A stretch of DNA of 64,000 nt. It comes from Candidatus Babeliales bacterium. GTDB taxonomy: Bacteria > Babelota > Babeliae > Babelales > JANWKD01. Position 1 is the first letter of the stretch; the number at the start of each line of letters is the position of its first letter. Shown one piece after another: positions 58,092 through 64,000 of this stretch. The stretch is from positions 64,001 through 128,000 of the forward strand of contig CAVXJH010000006.1 of assembly GCA_963762115.1 (NCBI GenBank), given 5' to 3'. The position numbers were made by a program, and so were the translations under genes. Below the pieces are notes generated by a model. It did no database searches, was not told where the DNA came from, and saw only the letters and a program-made list of their open reading frames with translations.

Positions 58092-58796
58092 CTATGCAAA
58101 CCAACTTTTTAAGGTATTTTTTAATTCCTCAATAACATGCATTAACTGTGTTTGTATAGCTGCTTCTTTTGGATCTTCTTTTGAAATTTGTTTGGTGGTA
58201 TCTTCCAATTGATTAATAAGCGCTTTTGTCTTTGTTATAACCACATCGGTCACCACATGCTTATCTGATTCAAGGTATCTTTTACCTTCACACATAACTT
58301 CTTCTCGAGGACGTGCTTTTTTTATTTCTAAGCTTTTTACCGCTAAAAAAGACAACTCTTTTTCAATGGGGCCAGCTTCATTTATTTCATCGCATTGAAC
58401 TCTTTTAGTGCGATCAACAATATAATTATTTTTTGTTTTTTTTGAATCATTCGAAATAACTTCGATTTCAATGTAATCTCTATTATTAAATTTCAACACG
58501 GTTGGCGAAACTAAGCGAATTTCACTCACTTCACGCAAATCAATTTTTGTTGTATTAATATCAGGGTTTATTTCAGGACTTTTTGGTTTTTGATACACCG
58601 GAATATCTGCATAACGGCCAGAAATAGTAATGTTTTCAACAGAATAGGATTGATCGCTACTATCAGTTAATGTCCCCGAAACATTAATTGCTGGCTTTTC
58701 TGATGCCGATGTCGATGAATTCTGCCCACTAAACTGTGCAAAAAGCACAAAGGCTACGCTACAAAAAAAAATATTTACCAACATAGTACGCTTCAT
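58092..58796 (-). CDS. Exported hypothetical protein
   Basis: AAGGAG RBS; signal/TM N-terminus; 234 aa. Confidence 0.7.
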   Translation of the reverse strand: MKRTMLVNIFFCSVAFVLFAQFSGQNSSTSASEKPAINVSGTLTDSSDQSYSVENITISGRYADIPVYQKPKSPEINPDINTTKIDLREVSEIRLVSPTVLKFNNRDYIEIEVISNDSKKTKNNYIVDRTKRVQCDEINEAGPIEKELSFLAVKSLEIKKARPREEVMCEGKRYLESDKHVVTDVVITKTKALINQLEDTTKQISKEDPKEAAIQTQLMHVIEELKNTLKSWFA

Positions 58797-58976
58797 CAGA
58801 GCTCCTTTTTTTAAATACCAACTATTTTATTCTGTTTGTTTAGATTTACTACAAGAGCTCTCGTGAGTGCAAGTGGTTAAAAAATTTACTCATATAAATC
58901 ATTGCTATTAATCACAAAAAAAACTTATTATTGAAATAGATAAAATATATAATTGCATTATAGGAGGGAAATAAAC

Positions 58977-59672
58977 ATGCAAGAAACAACACGCTCTTAC
59001 TCTTTTGAATCAGTTAATTCAATGCTCTATAAAGTTTTTGGTTGGATGATGGTAGCATTATTCTTGAGTGCAGGAACAGCATATTATATCGCTTCTCAAC
59101 CAGCAATCTTTGAAACACTCTTTAAAAGTCCATTTCTTTTGTTTTTTATTTTTTTGGCACAGTTAGTGCTTGTTGTTGTTTTATCAGCTTTTATTATGAA
59201 AATAAATTTTGCTACTGCATTGATTTGTTTTATTGCCTATGCATTATTAACAGGATTAACCTTATCAGCAGTGCTCATGGTATACACTCAACAATCGATT
59301 TTTACCACTTTTTTAGTGACGGCAGGGATGTTTGGCACCATGGCTCTATATGGCTATTTTACCAGAGCTGATCTCAGCGCATTTGGCAGTATCGCTATAA
59401 TGGGTTTATTTGGGATCATTATAGGCTTTATTGTGAACTATTTCTTAAAAAGTGGCACCTTTGATTATATTCTTTCTTTAATTGGCATCGCTGTATTTGT
59501 TGTCTTAACAGCCTATGACATGCAAAAAATCAAACAAATGATAGGCGCAATGGCAAATCAAGGGGAATTAATAAATAAGATCGCCATCGTTGGAGCACTT
59601 ACTTTATATCTTGATTTTATTAACTTATTTTTAATGCTTTTGCGTGTTTTTGGCAGAAGGAATAACGACTAG
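58977..59672 (+). CDS. Bax inhibitor-1/YccA (YbhL-like) membrane protein
   Basis: AGGAGG RBS; TAYDMQKIK and ALTLYLDFINLFL motifs. Confidence 0.93.
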   Translation: MQETTRSYSFESVNSMLYKVFGWMMVALFLSAGTAYYIASQPAIFETLFKSPFLLFFIFLAQLVLVVVLSAFIMKINFATALICFIAYALLTGLTLSAVLMVYTQQSIFTTFLVTAGMFGTMALYGYFTRADLSAFGSIAIMGLFGIIIGFIVNYFLKSGTFDYILSLIGIAVFVVLTAYDMQKIKQMIGAMANQGELINKIAIVGALTLYLDFINLFLMLLRVFGRRNND

Positions 59673-60371
59673 AGATTTTAAGTGAGCAACTTCTCGTGAT
59701 ATCAAGTGTCGCCACAAGCCAACAGGTAATCCTTTTTTTGATAATCCTGCATAAACAATACGATCAAGTTTTAAAACATGATAACCAATATGCATGAACA
59801 AACGGCGCACCACGCGATTTTGCCCACTATGCAATTCAATTTTTATGCGTGTTCTACCCTTATTAAGAACAACTAATGAATCAACAGTAACTTTGCCATC
59901 CTTCAACGTGATGCCTGCTCTTAACTGCTGTTCACGATCAATATTCAGGGGGGCATCCAAAGTAACTTGATAGATTTTGCTTACTTCATAGCTTGGATGG
60001 GATAAATGTTGCGCTGTCATGCCATCATTAGTTAATAAAATAAGGCCCGTTGTATCTTGATCAAGACGACCAACAGGATACAAGCGTTCCTTAATTTTTG
60101 GCTTTAAAAGATCCATCACCGTATTTCTGTTCTGATCATCTTCGGTGGTGGTGATAAAACCTTTGGGTTTATTTAACAAAATATAGGTATTTCTTTGCAA
60201 AGTAATTATCTTGCTATGAACACGTACAATGTCATCTTCTTGTAAGACATGCCCGGGTTCTTTGATAACAGTGTTATTTACCGATACTTTACCCTCTTTA
60301 ATAAAAAGCACGGCATTTCGGCGAGAGCAAACTCCTGCATGAGCAAGATATTTATTAAGCTGCATTGACAT
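59631..60371 (-). CDS. rRNA pseudouridine synthase (RsuA/RluB family)
   Basis: S4 domain LNKYLAHAGVCSRR; VGRLD and LLTNDG motifs. Confidence 0.93.
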   Translation of the reverse strand: MSMQLNKYLAHAGVCSRRNAVLFIKEGKVSVNNTVIKEPGHVLQEDDIVRVHSKIITLQRNTYILLNKPKGFITTTEDDQNRNTVMDLLKPKIKERLYPVGRLDQDTTGLILLTNDGMTAQHLSHPSYEVSKIYQVTLDAPLNIDREQQLRAGITLKDGKVTVDSLVVLNKGRTRIKIELHSGQNRVVRRLFMHIGYHVLKLDRIVYAGLSKKGLPVGLWRHLISREVAHLKSLVVIPSAKNTQKH

Positions 60372-60401
60372 AAAAAAGGTCCCTAAGAAAAGAGTAAAAA
60401 T

Positions 60402-60980
60402 TTATTGCAAATCTGATTCAGAAATAAAAAAGTGTTTTCGATAGTATTTTAACTCTTCAATTGACTCCCGAATATCGGTAAGCGCTCGATGAGTATCCTG
60501 TTTTTTAAACTCAATTAAAGGATTTTTGGGGTACCATCGCAAAACAACCTCTTTTATTGAGCTTACATCAATGATTTTATAATGCAAAAGGTGATCTAAT
60601 TTTGGCATATATTTCTGAATAAAAGCCTTGTCCTGCCACACTGAATTGCCACAAATGACCCCTTGCCCTTCAGAAATATACGGTTTTAAAAAATCTATGA
60701 GCCGCTGCTCAGCATCTTCGAGGGTAATAGTTGAATCCTTAACCCTTTGAGTCAATCCTGATAAACCGTGTTGTTTTATACACCATTCATTCATTTTTTC
60801 CAAAACTTCATCAGGTTGATGAATCACCAAGGCAGGACCTTCGGCAAGAATGTGCAATTGATTATTAGTAATAATTACCGCAACCTCTAAAATAACATCT
60901 TTTGGCAGATCTAATCCGCTCATTTCTAAGTCAATCCAAATAAGATAATCTCTATGCCGTGTTATTTTATTTTTTGTCAT
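60402..60980 (-). CDS. orn: Oligoribonuclease
   Basis: WIDLEMSGLD, CGNSV, DVSSIKE and HRALTDIRESI motifs. Confidence 0.96.
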   Translation of the reverse strand: MTKNKITRHRDYLIWIDLEMSGLDLPKDVILEVAVIITNNQLHILAEGPALVIHQPDEVLEKMNEWCIKQHGLSGLTQRVKDSTITLEDAEQRLIDFLKPYISEGQGVICGNSVWQDKAFIQKYMPKLDHLLHYKIIDVSSIKEVVLRWYPKNPLIEFKKQDTHRALTDIRESIEELKYYRKHFFISESDLQ

Positions 60981-60983
60981 TAT

Positions 60984-61487
60984 TTATAATTCCATATCAA
61001 ATATATCATCAGAATCTCCATCATCACTATCAGGGATCATGTGCATTATAGCATCACTGCTCTGACTCATTCTACTTCTTATCCTTGATTTCTTTTGATT
61101 GTTATCAGTATTTTTAGAAGATACTATAGGATTATTTCTAACAGGGCTGCTACTTTCAGGCGAATTTTTCTTTACGGTAAATAAACCTGTTGTACCTTTA
61201 ATTAAAAGAATTATTTCATCCTCGGGTAATGATGATATCAAAGTATGTCCATATTCATTAATTCCAGGTATGTTCTTTAGCCTCTCACGAAGATCGTTCA
61301 TTACTTCAAAATGTGGAAAAAATGGGCAGTCTTCTAAATCACCTTTTTCAAATGATTGTTTTGCAATTTTCATTACATCAATTGCTTTGCCTTTTTCTTC
61401 CATACAATTAAGCAAAGTCATTGAATTTATTACTACCAAAAACATTAAAACAGATCTTTTTTGTGCCATCATTAAAATCTTTCCCAA
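60984..61487 (-). CDS. Secreted hypothetical protein with Ser/Asp-rich tail
   Basis: Signal LNC|ME; tail DSDDGDSDDIFDMEL. Confidence 0.6.
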   Translation of the reverse strand: MGKILMMAQKRSVLMFLVVINSMTLLNCMEEKGKAIDVMKIAKQSFEKGDLEDCPFFPHFEVMNDLRERLKNIPGINEYGHTLISSLPEDEIILLIKGTTGLFTVKKNSPESSSPVRNNPIVSSKNTDNNQKKSRIRSRMSQSSDAIMHMIPDSDDGDSDDIFDMEL

Positions 61488-61788
61488 AAATTGTTACGGT
61501 ATTATACAACAAACTTGTGAATAGTATTACTACTTTCATAATAAGTATCACTAGAATACTAAAATTTTATAGCACACACGAGTTTTTTATCAAATCCATT
61601 CTATAAAACTCCTATTTTAAGGTTAAAATACCCTTTATTCGACAATTTTTACTCAAAATCACCCGAAAACACATTTTTTAAGCAAATTATCGCCTAACTT
61701 TATTTATATTAGAAATATTTACAAATTTAAATATTAATATATAATTAATAGTATGAATACTAAAAACACCTTAAAAAAGAGGATTCCA

Positions 61789-63627
61789 ATGAAGAAATCA
61801 ATCAAAAAAACTGCCTTTTTGGCAGTAATTTCACTTTTTACCCTGAATTTCTTTGCTTTAGGGCTCTATGCCATGGAGCAAAAAACTTCACAACCTGCAA
61901 TAAGACAACCCTTATCATTGACTCAATTAGCTGCGAATGCCTATATCAAAAATGTGCAAAAAGACAGCAAAAACAGTAAGGAATCTGCTCTTGCTATAAA
62001 AGAAGAATTAGAAACAAAATGTCCTCTTATTACCCAAGAAATTGAACAAATTCTTAATCAACGACTCAGTCAAAATAATGATATGTTTATTGAACAAGAA
62101 TTATCAGGGAAAGTTATTGCCATATTACCCGAATCAAATCAAATAGTAACAGAAGAAAATCTAGGCGATGATAACAACAGCATTAGCTTTTGGAAACTCT
62201 ATTCACATGACAGCAACAATTCAAACGGATTACTTTCAGGAGTTGCTGCTTCTATGCCAGGGGCAACACAAGCTTTAGCTGCAAAATCTGTTATTGATGA
62301 TGGTAAATGGGTCAGAGCATATACTCTAGAATTACCAGAATATTTCAAAACAATGTTTGTAAATGAGAATATGGTGGTTTGTGGTATTGCAACTGAATCT
62401 GAAAATGATGATCAACTTTTTGAGCAAAGAAAAGTTGCCTTGTTTATCAGAAGCAAAAATGCATTTGAACTGAAAGAAATTATAGAAATGGAACATTCTA
62501 TTGTTGATTGTGCATTTTCAGCGCAAGATAATTCTCTTGCTTTCGCTTTAGATAATAATACTGTTGTATTCTGGCGTTATAATAAACAAGCTGAAGAATG
62601 GCAAGCAGGTGAGATAATTGTTAATGCAGCACCAACACAACATATAATAACAAATATTGCTTTTTTGCATCAATCCTATGAAGAAACGCCACTGTTTTTA
62701 ATTCATTATATGCCATATATACCATTCGATGAAATTATTGATGAAAATACAAATATTAAACCTTCAGCAGTGACAATATGGCAAGCTAAAGATGCAAAGT
62801 GGTGTTTATTAAAAGAACTACTAAAAGCAAATTATATTGCAATGCATAAATCTGCCAACTCAAAATCTATTACACTTCATGCAACACACTATAATGAACA
62901 AAATCAGACAAGCCATAAAACAATTTTCTTGCAAGAAAATACAGATCGAACATCATCATATACAAGCAAAGAATTCGCAGACCACAGACAATTTTCACCC
63001 GATGGAACACTTTCTATTTATAAAAAAGAAGATGCAACTATAATACCATTCAAAACATCATTTAAAATAGTCGATGTTGCTACAGAAGATATTCTTAAAA
63101 CCATTGGAAAAAACTATTTTTATTCACCGATTTTTATCAATAATGACAATCTTGCAATACAATGGAGCAATTGCACCAAAATAGTATCATTAAACTGTTC
63201 AACAAATTTTGCTTTGTGTAATCAACTATTACAAAAAGCAAAAGAACAAGAAAACGTAAATCTCGATGATTTACTACAATCATCACTTGTTACACAACTT
63301 CAACCAGATGAAAAAAAATCTGTTATTGATAAAGCACAAAAACTAAAATCTGAACAATCATTAAAGGGAAAAATACAACAATTTAGAACTAAGTGTAGAT
63401 CATGGTCTTATAGAAATCCGGACACATACGGTATAATGATGCTTGGTACTTGGCTTGGCATAAGCTTAACTACGGTTTGCATTCATAATAAAATTGATCC
63501 AAAATTTTCTTATTTTCCAAATATATTAAATGACCCCATAAACAAAGGAATTTTGATTGGAACAGTTCATAGTGCTTTTGGTTTCGCGCTAACAAGGCGA
63601 ATTAGTAAATTTTTCTTTGGATCATAA
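61789..63627 (+). CDS. Secreted WD40-like beta-propeller protein with BC-box-like motif and C-terminal TM segments
   Basis: GAGG RBS; signal LYA|ME; PLSLTQLA; IVDCAFSAQDNSLAFALDNNTVVFW; two C-terminal hydrophobic helices. Confidence 0.75.
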   Translation: MKKSIKKTAFLAVISLFTLNFFALGLYAMEQKTSQPAIRQPLSLTQLAANAYIKNVQKDSKNSKESALAIKEELETKCPLITQEIEQILNQRLSQNNDMFIEQELSGKVIAILPESNQIVTEENLGDDNNSISFWKLYSHDSNNSNGLLSGVAASMPGATQALAAKSVIDDGKWVRAYTLELPEYFKTMFVNENMVVCGIATESENDDQLFEQRKVALFIRSKNAFELKEIIEMEHSIVDCAFSAQDNSLAFALDNNTVVFWRYNKQAEEWQAGEIIVNAAPTQHIITNIAFLHQSYEETPLFLIHYMPYIPFDEIIDENTNIKPSAVTIWQAKDAKWCLLKELLKANYIAMHKSANSKSITLHATHYNEQNQTSHKTIFLQENTDRTSSYTSKEFADHRQFSPDGTLSIYKKEDATIIPFKTSFKIVDVATEDILKTIGKNYFYSPIFINNDNLAIQWSNCTKIVSLNCSTNFALCNQLLQKAKEQENVNLDDLLQSSLVTQLQPDEKKSVIDKAQKLKSEQSLKGKIQQFRTKCRSWSYRNPDTYGIMMLGTWLGISLTTVCIHNKIDPKFSYFPNILNDPINKGILIGTVHSAFGFALTRRISKFFFGS

Positions 63628-63657
63628 ACACTAAGAAACACATTCAAAACAATTTAA

Positions 63658-63700
63658 AAAAATAACCTGAGTTTTTCAGAAATAAAACTCAGGTTATTTT
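63658..63700. terminator. Bidirectional terminator hairpin
   Basis: AAAATAACCTGAGTTT...AAACTCAGGTTATTTT between convergent genes. Confidence 0.85.
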
Positions 63701-63705
63701 AACTA

Positions 63706-63981
63706 TTACTCTTCAGACTGACATGATCGTTCAAACATAAGATCTTCACTTGATGAAATATACACATGATCATCTTTTTTATAAGACTTTACTGTTGTAT
63801 CAATTTGTTTTTTGTCTTTAAACATTCGTTTTACTGATAAAAATGTATGGATGTTATCAATAATGTTATGCAAGAATGTATCATATTCTATTTCTGTCAC
63901 TAATTCCATCGACAAACTAGAACAAAAACATAAAAATGCGCATATCGTAACAGGCAAAAAAAACCTTTTATTCATACACAA
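63706..63981 (-). CDS. Short secreted hypothetical protein, possibly truncated
   Basis: Signal SLS|ME; 91 aa. Confidence 0.5.
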   Translation of the reverse strand: MCMNKRFFLPVTICAFLCFCSSLSMELVTEIEYDTFLHNIIDNIHTFLSVKRMFKDKKQIDTTVKSYKKDDHVYISSSEDLMFERSCQSEE

Positions 63982-64000
63982 TTCCTGAAATTTTTAATAG

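Noticed and set aside
2884..63043. Numerous 60-140-aa ORFs overlapping or antisense to long genes (e.g. 50888, 54734, 54919, 57089, 61099)
   Set aside because: Shadow ORFs with no motifs or RBS, lying on well-supported CDSs.

Overview
AT-rich bacterial chromosomal window, standard genetic code. The gene content suggests an intracellular parasite of protists, most likely Dependentiae/TM6 (Babelota); this is inference from the many signal-peptide ankyrin, beta-propeller and orphan proteins interspersed with a lean housekeeping set. Housekeeping genes include tamB, a GspE/PilB ATPase with a pseudopilin, bamD, yraN, cdsA, VKOR, murE, an Ala/Gly symporter, yqgF, an RRM protein, secA, a wecB-wecC-oxidoreductase-GT2-manC-gmd-fcl sugar operon, a HerA-like ATPase, alaS, trxA, YccA/BI-1, a pseudouridine synthase and orn. 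No rRNA, tRNA, CRISPR array, integrase, transposase or reverse transcriptase was seen. Main observations: (1) The last codons of tamB are repeated three more times downstream (16416, 15565, 12729). Each copy closes a 0.85-2.8 kb cassette (MNT-HEPN TA pair, secreted orphan, secreted beta-propeller). Divergence rises with distance and is almost entirely synonymous, and two copies share a ~33-bp non-tamB arm, which looks like a polar, integrase-less cassette-accretion array at a protein-coding gene. (2) About 18 exported orphans have Met right after the predicted signal-peptidase site, followed by E/Q/D/N in 17 cases. (3) Several of these carry eukaryote-like modules: Elongin BC-box/cullin-box, a mitochondrial-presequence-like segment, FFAT-like motifs and tail anchors.
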